Notes: a model not told the origin generated them from the letters alone. 64,000 bases of DNA from Candidatus Woesebacteria bacterium (GCA_003484955.1 DMZH01000002.1:78825-142824); one strand, 5' to 3'. Numbered from the stretch's first letter, positions 1-10,103 are shown. Program-made: numbers and translations.

Positions 1-67
1 GCTTGGTTCGATATTTGATCAAGCCAAAGATGTTTTTCCTCATCCACTGGCGTCATACTCTCAAAAA

Positions 68-1027
68 ATGCATACAAAATGGGGAGTTTTTTATGATTAT
101 ATGCAACTGATTGTAAAAAATGTTCCGAGTAATATGGCAATTTATAATCCGCCTCAAAACATCAGAGGTATTGAGGGAAACCAGTTTTTGATTAGAAGTT
201 TTCTATTTCCAAGAATATTGATATCTGCACAAAGAGTGTCTTGGAGTATTGCTAAAAGCGAAGCCGATTACGTGATGGTTACGGATTCGTGGCCTGGGTT
301 TGAACCTCCAAGAGAATCATTTGTGTATCTACCAAAGAACGTGCAGATTTTCTGGAAAAATTTTCTAGTTTATTTCCCTGACAGAATAGACAAAATTGAC
401 AATCTTTTGGAAATTGATAGCGATGGGGACAGAAAGATAGTAGAAAACAATAGTGAAGAAAAACATCTCTCGATAATCTATAATTCCTCCAACTATGACT
501 ACTGGGGTAGGAGTTATTCGAGAAACATGACCCCCGATAATATATCAGTTGATGTTTTGGTAAACCAAACCGAGAAAGTGAGTATTGTTGCGGGTTTTAA
601 ATTACAGAATGGAGCTACCATTGTGTTATCATCCCCACCGAACGATAAAAAAGAAGAGTATGTTCATTTGACCATAACTAATATACAAGCGAAGCTAGAT
701 AACATCACGAAGATTCAAGGCTTGCCACAAAAAGGTGCAACACTAAGCTTTGTAGCATTAAATCCAGGACAGGTGTATTTACATTCAGGCTATGCAGATT
801 TTGGCTTAATAAAGATTGATAAGAGTGGTCTGGTTGATTCAGAGAAGGCAATGCCCAAATATTATAATGATGCATACTTTCTAAATTTATATAGGCTTGC
901 GGTGTACAACAGTTCCTCAAAAAATATTGAGAAATATCGGACGCTAGTCTATGATTCAACATCGGGATTTGTAATTCCTGATGATGAGTATAATGAAGTT
1001 GAAAAAACAATAACCGGTAGAAAATAA
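68..1027 (+). CDS. hypothetical soluble protein; no recognisable domain, no transmembrane segment
   Basis: Complete 319-aa ORF with typical coding composition. Lies directly upstream of the glycan cluster. No motifs recognised. Confidence 0.4.
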   Translation: MHTKWGVFYDYMQLIVKNVPSNMAIYNPPQNIRGIEGNQFLIRSFLFPRILISAQRVSWSIAKSEADYVMVTDSWPGFEPPRESFVYLPKNVQIFWKNFLVYFPDRIDKIDNLLEIDSDGDRKIVENNSEEKHLSIIYNSSNYDYWGRSYSRNMTPDNISVDVLVNQTEKVSIVAGFKLQNGATIVLSSPPNDKKEEYVHLTITNIQAKLDNITKIQGLPQKGATLSFVALNPGQVYLHSGYADFGLIKIDKSGLVDSEKAMPKYYNDAYFLNLYRLAVYNSSSKNIEKYRTLVYDSTSGFVIPDDEYNEVEKTITGRK

Positions 1028-1028
1028 A

Positions 1029-2438
1029 ATGTTCTATATAATTTTTTTATCATTTTTTTTGCTCTCTTTCCAAATAATTTCAAGGTTGGATAAGAATATG
1101 AAATTTATTGAGAGAGCAGCAATGACATATTTGTTAGGAACCGCCGAGGTCTCCTTATTGGGATCGTTTTTTATATATACAAAAGGAAGAATCAACCTTC
1201 TTGAATTTATGATACCGGCAATAATTTCATTTGTTATTTCTTTACTGATTATTTTTAAAAAAGGGAACACCAACCTTAAGCTTCTTAAGAGAGTCAAAAA
1301 GGTTATATATGGCCAGCTCAAAAGAATTAATATTACCTCTTTTGAGGGAATTTGCCTGCTTATAATTGGATTATTACTTGCGACGACAATAATTAACGGA
1401 CTCTATTGGCCGGTGAGCTCCTGGGATTCATTAACTTTATATGATTTTCGCGGAAAGATAATCGCTCAAGGGTTTTCGTTAAGCGATTTATTTAAACAAA
1501 CGTTTAAAGATTGGGATTTTTATTCTTATTATTTTTCGTATCCGCTTTTCACCTCGATACTGCACAGTGTTTCGTATATGACGTCGGGGCCATCTCCTCA
1601 GATTTTCTATAGTCTTTATTATGTAAGTCTCGTAGTAATATTCTACTCAACTTTATTGAGATTTTCAGACAGAAAAACTACTGCATTTTTGACGTTGATG
1701 TTGGCTCTTTCACCAGTCATTTTTAGTCATACCACGATTGCTTATCCAAATTTACCATATGCTACATATTTTGTTACTGGATTTTTTATTTTTTATAGAT
1801 ATACCAAGGAAGGCCGTCCTATAGGTTTATTAATGTTATCTTTATTGATGAATGTCTTTGCGTATGCAGTCAGGCCAACAGAACCCTTTCTTGTAGCCTT
1901 TGCGCTCATATATATTATAGACATGCTTGTCAGCAGAAACATTAAAACGAAAATTATATATCTGTTTCTGTTTTTTATTTTGTTATATATATTAAATAAA
2001 TCATGGAGCCTATATTTTCAAAGAGAAGCTTTTGCAGCCATATCTTATCCCATCAATTTAGATAAAAGATCCTCTTTATTTGATGCCGGTTTAGCATGGG
2101 GCTCATTAAGAACTTTTTCCAATTTGCCGGAGATAATAAAATTTATATACAACAATAGTAAGGGCGCCGTTAGTCCGATTTTGGTTCTGATGTCTGCGAC
2201 TTCGGTATTTTTTTATAGGAATAAAATTAAAGATAACATCTATTCAATAATTTTTGTTGTTGCCTGCTATTTATTGATAGTTGCGGGAACATTGTATATT
2301 AGTTATATATATGATTTTTGGAAAATTATTGGGGAATCTTTGTCCAGAATAGTAATTTTTATTATTCCACTTTTACTTTTTACCATAGGTTGTTTTTGGC
2401 GCTTACCAAGTACTAGTATTTTGAAGTGGGAAGAATGA
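1029..2438 (+). CDS. polytopic membrane protein, putative GT-C fold glycosyltransferase (ArnT/PMT-like)
   Basis: 469 aa with more than 10 hydrophobic helices. An acidic/aromatic first-loop segment (WDSLTLYDFRGKIIAQG) resembles the GT-C loop motif. Sits in the glycosylation cluster. Confidence 0.5.
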   Translation: MFYIIFLSFFLLSFQIISRLDKNMKFIERAAMTYLLGTAEVSLLGSFFIYTKGRINLLEFMIPAIISFVISLLIIFKKGNTNLKLLKRVKKVIYGQLKRINITSFEGICLLIIGLLLATTIINGLYWPVSSWDSLTLYDFRGKIIAQGFSLSDLFKQTFKDWDFYSYYFSYPLFTSILHSVSYMTSGPSPQIFYSLYYVSLVVIFYSTLLRFSDRKTTAFLTLMLALSPVIFSHTTIAYPNLPYATYFVTGFFIFYRYTKEGRPIGLLMLSLLMNVFAYAVRPTEPFLVAFALIYIIDMLVSRNIKTKIIYLFLFFILLYILNKSWSLYFQREAFAAISYPINLDKRSSLFDAGLAWGSLRTFSNLPEIIKFIYNNSKGAVSPILVLMSATSVFFYRNKIKDNIYSIIFVVACYLLIVAGTLYISYIYDFWKIIGESLSRIVIFIIPLLLFTIGCFWRLPSTSILKWEE

Positions 2439-3529
2439 AAATCGGAATCAACACACTGTTTCTTATTCCAAATAAAGTTGGGGGGTCGGAGACATATTCA
2501 AGAGGATTAATTAAAGCTCTTTACGAGTATGACAAGAAAAATGAGTATGTTATATTTTGCAACAAAGAAAATTACAATACATTCGATAATAAGTACAATC
2601 GAATCTTAGTTCCAATAAATGCGACAAATAGATTTGTTAGGATTGTTGCTGAGCAATTAATCTTTCCAATATATCTGTATTTAAATAAAATTGACGTAGT
2701 ATATTCACTCGGATACACCTCTCCGTTTTTTACGACCTGCAAGGCAATTGTAAACATATTTGATCTTAATTGGTATTATCACCCTGAAGATTTTGGTTTT
2801 TTTCAAAAGTTAATCTTAAAATTTTTTGTAACCCACTCGGCAAACTTTGCAGATGCTATCACCACTTCCTCTTTTTCCTCAAAAAAATCAATTAAAGAAA
2901 AGCTTAATATTAAAAAGCCAGTTGAGGTTATGTATATGGGTATGCCATTAATGAATAAGCCAATTTCAAAAAATAGTCTTTTGAAATTGGGAGTGCGAAT
3001 GCCATATATTTTTTCATTAACGGCGGCTTATCCCCATAAAAACGTATTAGGACTATTAAATATTTTTAAATCAATTATTGATAGGGGACACAAGATCAAC
3101 TTAGTTATTGCTGGATTGGGGTGGAGATCGGAAAATGAAATGAAACAATTTATCAAGAAGAACAAACTAAATAGGAATGTTAAAATTTTAAGTTATGTGG
3201 ATAACGGTACTTTATCTGCGTTGTATAAGTATGCAAAATTATTTTTATTCGCTTCTTTTTATGAAGGGTTTGGAATTCCGTTGTTGGAATGTTTTCATTT
3301 TGGCGTTCCCATCATATCGTCCAATGCATTTTCTTTGAAGGAGGTTTTGGGTAACGGAGGTGTTAGTATAAATCCTCATGATCAGAAAATTTTTGTAAGA
3401 GAGATAGAAAAATCCCTAGTGGATAAAGAGTATCTTAATGCCCTAAAAATCAAAAGCACAGAACGCGTAAAAGGTTTTGATTGGGAAAAGAGCGTAAAAA
3501 TTTTTATTAACTTGTTAGGTAAAATATAA
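2435..3529 (+). CDS. glycosyltransferase family 1 (GT4, GT-B fold)
   Basis: C-terminal EGFGIPLLECFHFGVPIISSN matches the E-x7-E GT4 motif. The ATGA overlap with the upstream stop points to M4 (MKIGINTLF) as the likely start. Confidence 0.8.
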   Translation: MKIGINTLFLIPNKVGGSETYSRGLIKALYEYDKKNEYVIFCNKENYNTFDNKYNRILVPINATNRFVRIVAEQLIFPIYLYLNKIDVVYSLGYTSPFFTTCKAIVNIFDLNWYYHPEDFGFFQKLILKFFVTHSANFADAITTSSFSSKKSIKEKLNIKKPVEVMYMGMPLMNKPISKNSLLKLGVRMPYIFSLTAAYPHKNVLGLLNIFKSIIDRGHKINLVIAGLGWRSENEMKQFIKKNKLNRNVKILSYVDNGTLSALYKYAKLFLFASFYEGFGIPLLECFHFGVPIISSNAFSLKEVLGNGGVSINPHDQKIFVREIEKSLVDKEYLNALKIKSTERVKGFDWEKSVKIFINLLGKI

Positions 3530-3530
3530 G

Positions 3531-4442
3531 TTGAAAAACCATTTAAGCAAAAAAAATAAAATTGGAATTATCGTTGTCCATTACGGCAATCCGCAGGATA
3601 CGATCGAGCTATTAGGTTCTTTGTCTAAGATAAATATATTTAATGGCATTTTATATTTAGTCGATAATGATCCCAAAAACAGGCTTAGGAAAATTCCCCA
3701 GTATAACTTCAAAATTAACTATATTAAATCAAAGAAAAACTTGGGCTGGGCTGGCGGTGCAGATTTTGCTGCACGGAAGGCCTACTCACAAGGCTGTGAC
3801 ACCCTATGTTTTCTGACATGTGATACAGTTATTAACGATAAATTTTTCTTAGACAAGATGACGAAACCCCTGGGAGATACAAAGATAGGTGCAACGATAC
3901 CTTTAGTTGTGTTTCATAACAACCCCAATCGGATTTGGAGTGCGGGTGGAAAGTTATATAAATTAATTGCCTATACAAAACATTATGACTATAACCGCTT
4001 TGTAACGATTAAAAATTTGAACAAGTACCCCGACTTCGGTGGTATAGGTCTTACTATGAGATCAGATGTTTATAAAAAGATAGGGGGATGGGATCCAAAT
4101 TATTTTTTGTATTATGAAGATGTCGATATATGTTTCAAAATACTTAAACGTAAACTAAAAATAAAATTAGTTTCCCAGGCCATTGTTGAACACAAAGCAA
4201 CTACCCCATCACGCGGGATTGAGATGAAGCTGTCCCCATTTTCATCATTTCACTATGGGAGAAGCGCTTTTATTTTTATTAAGAAAAATCTCACCGGTTT
4301 TGGTGTTCTAACAGCAATATTTGGTCAGATATTTATACGTGCCCCTTTGTTTATGATTGCAATGATGAGACAAAATAATTTTAAGGCTTTGAAATCCTAC
4401 GTCCATGGTTCACTATCTGGGGTAAAAGAAGTTTTGTTTTAA
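3531..4442 (+). CDS. glycosyltransferase family 2 (GT-A)
   Basis: N-terminal IGIIVVHYGN and a DxD-like YEDVDICF motif. TTG start. C-terminal hydrophobic stretch. Confidence 0.7.
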   Translation: MKNHLSKKNKIGIIVVHYGNPQDTIELLGSLSKINIFNGILYLVDNDPKNRLRKIPQYNFKINYIKSKKNLGWAGGADFAARKAYSQGCDTLCFLTCDTVINDKFFLDKMTKPLGDTKIGATIPLVVFHNNPNRIWSAGGKLYKLIAYTKHYDYNRFVTIKNLNKYPDFGGIGLTMRSDVYKKIGGWDPNYFLYYEDVDICFKILKRKLKIKLVSQAIVEHKATTPSRGIEMKLSPFSSFHYGRSAFIFIKKNLTGFGVLTAIFGQIFIRAPLFMIAMMRQNNFKALKSYVHGSLSGVKEVLF

Positions 4443-5182
4443 ATTCTTTTACTAATAATAAATATCTTTCTATAACACTTGTCAAATGACAATGGTTTGG
4501 AAAGCCATCCGAAGCTGAACATAAAAAAACGAAAAGCAAAGGGTAGTATATCGATATGGATCCTATCCAATAGTTTTTGTAAGGCAAGAAGCGGTAAAAA
4601 GTCAAGGTTTGACAACACCACCAAAAAGATTTCGATTTTAGCGTTGAGATTATTAACCTCCTGTATACTTTCAGGTTTGTAAACTTTTATTTTTTTGACA
4701 ACTGCTTTCGATGAGGGGAGGCCGTTTTGAAGATGCTCCTTAATATATTTGATATGAGGAGAGTTTTTAAATGGAGAGACTAAGTTAAAGAATATTTTAT
4801 CCCGTTTTCGAGCAGCCGAATCACAAGGGAATCCAAGATATAAAGTTTTTTTTGTTACCCTCATCAGTTCAGAAAGGGCTTTGTTTCTAAGTTTTGGAGG
4901 GATGTGTTCAAGCATATCTAAAGAAATTACACTCTCAAAACTTTTGTCTTCAAACGGAAGCTTTAGAACGCTCCCAGTCTTGTAAAACACTGTTTTAAGT
5001 GATTTTCGTCTGAAACTGAAGTCAAATAAAGTAATTTTGGATGTTAGATTCAAAAATGGAGCTACTCCATAATCATCTGATCCCACCTCCAAAATTTTTT
5101 TATATTTGTTTTTCTTGATGTCGTTGACTATTGGTTCATATCTTAAGACAATATCTAGCATACACTGAAGAATATACAACAT
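4439..5182 (-). CDS. class I SAM-dependent methyltransferase
   Basis: ILEVGSDDYG (motif I, glycine-rich) and LDMLEHIPP, typical of the Methyltransf_11/23 fold. Confidence 0.7.
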   Translation of the reverse strand: MLYILQCMLDIVLRYEPIVNDIKKNKYKKILEVGSDDYGVAPFLNLTSKITLFDFSFRRKSLKTVFYKTGSVLKLPFEDKSFESVISLDMLEHIPPKLRNKALSELMRVTKKTLYLGFPCDSAARKRDKIFFNLVSPFKNSPHIKYIKEHLQNGLPSSKAVVKKIKVYKPESIQEVNNLNAKIEIFLVVLSNLDFLPLLALQKLLDRIHIDILPFAFRFFMFSFGWLSKPLSFDKCYRKIFIISKRI

Positions 5183-5284
5183 TTTCAGTCGAGAGACATC
5201 TGGTAATTGAGTGAGGTGGTTAAAATTCTGCGTGCGGGTTGATGATTGACATCTAAAGTGTTATGAGCTAATTTCTACGTATCA

Positions 5285-6559
5285 GTGGTAAAAGAATCTT
5301 TTGTAGATAAGGAACAAAACAAAGTACGTCTTTTGACGGTGTGTCAAGCGTGTAAGGGAAAAAAACTATACAAGTTTATAAATTTTGGGCCGATGCCCAA
5401 GCCGAATATATATCAAACACGTGAGGAAGTTATTCAACATGGTCAGATAAGTTATCAACTGGACGCAAATTTATGTATGAATTGTGGCCTGGTTCAACTA
5501 GGTGAAATAATCCCTTCAAGCGAACTTTTTGCAGACAATTACGCTTATCGTACCCCGGATGCTATGAAGTTTGATTTTAGAAATGGTGCTCACGAAACAA
5601 TAGATATCTCAAAAATACCAGAGGGATCTAAGGTTTTAGAAATTGGAAGCAATGTTGGGCTTTGTTTGAAAGAATATAAAAGATTGGGAATGAAAGTTAT
5701 TGGTGTCGACCCCGCCACAAAATATGCAAAGCAAGCCAACAAAGCAGGAATTAAAACTTTGATTGAACCATTTACACCGGTTTTGGCTAGTGAAATAGTC
5801 AAAAAAATGGGAAAGATGGATATTGTTACCGCAGCAAACGTATTGCAACACATTCCTGACATAAGAGGAACCATAGAGGGAATAGCGACACTACTTGCAC
5901 CAAAAGGTGTCTTTACTTTGGAATTCCCTTATCTGGGAAACATTCTTACAAATACAGATTTTGACACGTTCTATGCAGAGCATTACTATTATCTGTCTCT
6001 AAAACCACTACAAAGAATGTTTGAAGATTTCGGATTGACGATTGTTCATGCTAAACATTTGCCGGACATACACTGTGGTTCAATGAGGATTTTTGTTAAA
6101 CACGCTCCATCAAAAATGAGTCTAGTGGCAAAAGAAATACTAAAGCACGAAGAGGAACAGGGATTTTATGATCCAAATAAATTTGCTGCATTTAGAGTAA
6201 AGGTCAACGACATAATGTATCAAATACACGAACATCTTCACATAGCAAAAATGAGAGGCGAACGCATTGTTGCTCATGGCTCATCTGCCAAGTTTGTAAC
6301 GTTGACAAATTATGGACATATCGGTAGCGACATGATTGAATATGTTGCTGATTCAACCATCGCAAAACATGGAAAAGTCACTCCTGGTATGGGTATTCCT
6401 GTCGTATCTGAGGACAGGCTTATTAAAGACGCTCCAGACCTAATTTTTAATGGTATACGAAATTTTTATCAGCAAAATAAATCGAAATATGGCGAGATAA
6501 AGAGAAAAAATCCCAAGACGAAAATATTGATACCAATTCCAGAGGTAGAATATAAATAG
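5285..6559 (+). CDS. zinc-ribbon SAM-dependent C-methyltransferase (TylCIII/NovU-like sugar C-methyltransferase family)
   Basis: N-terminal CQAC...CMNC zinc-binding pairs, a central methyltransferase core (VLEIGSNVGL) and a C-terminal domain. This architecture is typical of NDP-hexose C-methyltransferases. GTG start is uncertain. Confidence 0.65.
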   Translation: MVKESFVDKEQNKVRLLTVCQACKGKKLYKFINFGPMPKPNIYQTREEVIQHGQISYQLDANLCMNCGLVQLGEIIPSSELFADNYAYRTPDAMKFDFRNGAHETIDISKIPEGSKVLEIGSNVGLCLKEYKRLGMKVIGVDPATKYAKQANKAGIKTLIEPFTPVLASEIVKKMGKMDIVTAANVLQHIPDIRGTIEGIATLLAPKGVFTLEFPYLGNILTNTDFDTFYAEHYYYLSLKPLQRMFEDFGLTIVHAKHLPDIHCGSMRIFVKHAPSKMSLVAKEILKHEEEQGFYDPNKFAAFRVKVNDIMYQIHEHLHIAKMRGERIVAHGSSAKFVTLTNYGHIGSDMIEYVADSTIAKHGKVTPGMGIPVVSEDRLIKDAPDLIFNGIRNFYQQNKSKYGEIKRKNPKTKILIPIPEVEYK

Positions 6560-6561
6560 AT

Positions 6562-7443
6562 CTATAATATCGCTTTTAATTCTTGTGCGAAGTCTTGGAT
6601 GGCTTCTTCCCATGTGGGTGGTTTTAAACCAAGTCTTTTTTCTGCGATTTCCGTAGCCAGGCCTCCAAATTTGGCGTATGGCTGTTTGCCGTTCATATCT
6701 TCAAATTTAGTAAGAGAGCCTTTCTTAATCCCTAATCCCAACCCCAATATCTTGTTTGTGTAAACACCGACTGCATATGGTGTGGTCAACCCTTTACATA
6801 CCCAGTGAAAAACCCCTGTTAATTTTAGTGTTGATAATTTCTCAATTACTGTTTGGAGAGATTTTATGTAGGTCGGTGTAAAATGTTGATCGGTAAATAA
6901 GGGATAACCCAATCTCACTGATTTTATAAGTTTTATTATATAGTCTTTGTCTGGAAAATCTGGATTCCCAAATGGATAGGCTATTCGAAGTATCGCTGCC
7001 TTTGCGCCGGACTTGTTAACTTCTATTTCTCCACGAAGTTTTGTGTAACCATATGGGCTAACTATTTTAAAATCGTCAAGCACTATTTCCGACTCGTCAT
7101 GAGGACCTTTGGATGTATTAAGGTAAGGAAACACTCCGTCGGTCGAGATGTGTATTAAAAACTTGCCCGTCTCTTTACACACCTCTGCAACATTTTTAGT
7201 TCCATCGACATTTAATTTCCAAGATGGACCATTTGGATCACGCGTTGCCGTTTTAACATCAGTGAAAGCGGCAAAATTAATTACAACATCAGCCATTTCT
7301 GCATATTGTCTAATAGAGTCTTTTTGGGTTATATCCAAGTCGGGAAATGGCGGGGAAATTACTTTTTGGAGAGGGGAGGAAAAACCTTGCAAAACTTTAG
7401 ATCCGACAAATCCATGTTTTCCAATAAACAGTATTTTTGACAT
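6562..7443 (-). CDS. NAD(P)-dependent sugar epimerase/reductase, RmlD-like (dTDP-4-dehydrorhamnose reductase family)
   Basis: N-terminal Rossmann motif ILFIGKHGFVGSKV. About 290 aa, the size of RmlD/short SDR epimerases. Adjacent to the C-methyltransferase. Confidence 0.6.
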   Translation of the reverse strand: MSKILFIGKHGFVGSKVLQGFSSPLQKVISPPFPDLDITQKDSIRQYAEMADVVINFAAFTDVKTATRDPNGPSWKLNVDGTKNVAEVCKETGKFLIHISTDGVFPYLNTSKGPHDESEIVLDDFKIVSPYGYTKLRGEIEVNKSGAKAAILRIAYPFGNPDFPDKDYIIKLIKSVRLGYPLFTDQHFTPTYIKSLQTVIEKLSTLKLTGVFHWVCKGLTTPYAVGVYTNKILGLGLGIKKGSLTKFEDMNGKQPYAKFGGLATEIAEKRLGLKPPTWEEAIQDFAQELKAIL

Positions 7444-7494
7444 TTAGCCATTTTATATCGGCACCTTTGATAAATGTAGTGGTAATATATATGT

Positions 7495-9066
7495 ATGTAC
7501 CTTAATCTTTCGGACTCCGCGAAGTTTGCAGACATTGCTAGAAATTTAGTAAATGGCTTAGGATATGGGAGTACTTTTTCCTTTTGGTCCATAAATATTT
7601 TTGAGCTAATTAAAACAAAAACATTTTGGTCTCCCTGGGTTCCTCCAGTAATACCTTATTCGATTGCAGCATTTTTTAAAATCTTTGGAGTAGGGGACTT
7701 TGCGGTAATTGCTACCTCGTTTTTCTATTTTATTCTCACTTTAGTTTTTGTTTACTTCTTGGGAAAGAGAATTTTCAACTCAAAATTAGTTGGGATTCTT
7801 TCTACTCTTACTATTGGATTTAGTTATGATCTGATCCACTATGCAACAAATGGTGCTTCAGAATCCCCTTTCATTTTTGAAATAGTGGCAGCTTCTTATT
7901 TTGCATCTATTAAAAAAAAGTGGGCGAGCGCAGTAACTATTTTATTATTGATTTTGATGTACTTCACCCGTCCCCAAGCGTTTATCTATATCACAGGGAT
8001 CGTGCTTTACTGGCTTTTAATTAACTTTAAGTTCAAAAAAGCATTGATTTTTTTTGGAATCATCTCAGTTGTTGGTTTTTTGGTTGATTATTTTGTACTA
8101 ATGTCACTTTCCGGAAAATATTTTTTGTATTCGATAATAGGCCGCGGAGTTGGCTCCTCCTTTAGCCAAACTTCAGTTGCCTCTGACGTTTTGCGCGGGG
8201 CCACCATTGTTGTTGAAGGAGGAATCTCACAAACCCTCAAAAACATTCTCTACAATCTTTACAACTTTTATAAACTTCTGCCACAAATAATATCATCATA
8301 CCTTTTTGGAATTTTTGTAACTGGTTTATTCCTTAAATCAAAAAACAAGACAGAAAGCTCATTTAAAATTGTCTCGACATTCATTGTGGCTTTTACTTTT
8401 TTAGTCACCGCCGCTAGTATTCCTTTTTTTAGGTATTTACACCCGGTTATTCCACTTGTGTACATTATTGCGACAGGGACACTCGTGGAAATAATTTCTA
8501 AATTCGAAATCCTAAATGCGAGACAGATTCCAAACCCCAAATCACAAATTCAAAATAAAAGATTCACAATTATTGCTTCCACATTCTTGATTCTTCTGTT
8601 TGGTGTTGGACAGACACTTGGAGTTTTAATTCTGGATTCAAGGTTTGAGGCAAAGACTCACAATGTTAGCAAACCTCCTGTGTACATCACACTTTCAAAG
8701 ATTTTGAATGAAAATACAGATAATAATCAGGTTGTTGTTACGAATCTTGATACCTGGGGGAGCTGGTACGGTGAGAGGAGAACCGCTTGGTTCCCTCTGG
8801 AACCAAAACAAATTATTGATCCGACGACGGGTAAAATTCCCTTTGATGCAATTTATCTGACAAACTACCTGATTGATGACGCAAATTATTATATGGGAAA
8901 TGATTGGAGAATGATCTTTAATAATCCAAACGATCCAAAGAAATGGACGTGCAGCAGCTGTGACGAGATTGCTAAGGAATTTACCTTGAAAGGTGTATAT
9001 AAAGTCCCCGCAAGTGACAATTATGAGCGTCTGGACTCTTCGGCTATTCTTCTAATCAAAAAGTAG
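7495..9066 (+). CDS. GT-C glycosyltransferase, ArnT/PMT-like (GT39/GT83-type)
   Basis: DSAKFADIARNLVNG closely resembles the ArnT/PMT first-loop motif DE-x2-YA-x2-AR-x-M. More than 10 transmembrane helices and a C-terminal soluble domain. The N-terminal TM1 usually found before the motif is absent (in-frame stop upstream). Confidence 0.7.
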   Translation: MYLNLSDSAKFADIARNLVNGLGYGSTFSFWSINIFELIKTKTFWSPWVPPVIPYSIAAFFKIFGVGDFAVIATSFFYFILTLVFVYFLGKRIFNSKLVGILSTLTIGFSYDLIHYATNGASESPFIFEIVAASYFASIKKKWASAVTILLLILMYFTRPQAFIYITGIVLYWLLINFKFKKALIFFGIISVVGFLVDYFVLMSLSGKYFLYSIIGRGVGSSFSQTSVASDVLRGATIVVEGGISQTLKNILYNLYNFYKLLPQIISSYLFGIFVTGLFLKSKNKTESSFKIVSTFIVAFTFLVTAASIPFFRYLHPVIPLVYIIATGTLVEIISKFEILNARQIPNPKSQIQNKRFTIIASTFLILLFGVGQTLGVLILDSRFEAKTHNVSKPPVYITLSKILNENTDNNQVVVTNLDTWGSWYGERRTAWFPLEPKQIIDPTTGKIPFDAIYLTNYLIDDANYYMGNDWRMIFNNPNDPKKWTCSSCDEIAKEFTLKGVYKVPASDNYERLDSSAILLIKK

Positions 9067-9144
9067 GGTAAAATATAGTGGTGAAAAGATACATCGAATT
9101 AGGCAAATCCATGCTTTTGTCGGCAACAGCCAAGGACAGATCTT

Positions 9145-10101
9145 ATGAGAAAAAATAATGCAAAATTAGTTATATACCAAACAAAATCAGGGTCGCTTGA
9201 ATTTAAAGGTGATTTTGAGAAAGATACTATTTGGGCTACACAGTCTCAAATAGTGGAACTTTTTTCTGTTGATCAGTCTGTAGTGTCCAGACATATCCGC
9301 AATATCTTTGATGAGGGTGAGGTTTCCTCTAAAAGCAATATGCAGAAAATGCATATTGCAAATTCTGATAAGCCGGTAGTTTTTTATTCACTTGATGTTG
9401 TATTGGCGGTTGGTTATAGAACTAATTCGAAAATTGCTATAGATTTCAGAAAATGGGCGACAAAAGTCCTAAGGCAGCATATTTTGGAAGGTTACACTAT
9501 AAATCGGAGACTTATCTCAAGAAATTACCAGTCATATTTGAAGGCTGTCGAGAATGTCAAAAAATACCTCCCTGTAAGTGACAAACTAAAAACATCAGAT
9601 GTTTTAGATTTGGTTAAAATGTTTGCTTCAACTTGGTTGTCCCTGGATTCGTATGACAAGGACGGATTACCCAAGAAGGGAAGTACTAAAAGACAAATAA
9701 CAGTTACATCAAATGATTTGTCGGAAGCTTTATCGAATCTCAAGGAAAGCCTGATAAAACAAGGTATAGCCACAGATCTTTTTGGTCAAGGAAGACAGAA
9801 AAACGATGTTGATTCAATCATCAAAAATGTTTTTCAATCCTATGCCGGCAAAGATTTATATCCGACCTTGGAGGAGAAAGCAGCAAATTTACTTTATTTC
9901 ATTGCAAAAGGTCACCCCTTTTTGGATGGAAACAAAAGAAGCGCTGCATTCGCATTTGTCTGGTTTTTGAGGAAAGCCAATATTTTAAATATTTCTGAGA
10001 TTACCCCGGAGGCATTAACTGCTTTGACTCTTCTTGTTGCAGAAAGTAACCCCAAGGATAAAGGAAAAATAATTGGATTGATTCTGATGTTAATAAAATA
10101 A
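9145..10101 (+). CDS. RhuM-family virulence protein fused to Fic/Doc domain (Doc-type toxin motif HxFxDGNKR)
   Basis: N-terminus (KLVIYQTKSGSLEF...QSQIVELFSVDQSVVSRHIRNIF) is typical of RhuM. C-terminus carries HPFLDGNKR at nt 9913-9939, identical to the Doc/Fic signature. Confidence 0.75.
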   Translation: MRKNNAKLVIYQTKSGSLEFKGDFEKDTIWATQSQIVELFSVDQSVVSRHIRNIFDEGEVSSKSNMQKMHIANSDKPVVFYSLDVVLAVGYRTNSKIAIDFRKWATKVLRQHILEGYTINRRLISRNYQSYLKAVENVKKYLPVSDKLKTSDVLDLVKMFASTWLSLDSYDKDGLPKKGSTKRQITVTSNDLSEALSNLKESLIKQGIATDLFGQGRQKNDVDSIIKNVFQSYAGKDLYPTLEEKAANLLYFIAKGHPFLDGNKRSAAFAFVWFLRKANILNISEITPEALTALTLLVAESNPKDKGKIIGLILMLIK

Positions 10102-10103
10102 TA

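Noticed and set aside
705-1321. Antisense ORFs 705-1010(-) and 1034-1321(-), and similar 60-150-aa ORFs embedded in or opposite longer CDSs throughout the track
   Set aside because: They are fully contained within well-supported longer genes on the other strand or frame and have no motifs. They are shadow ORFs typical of AT-rich DNA.
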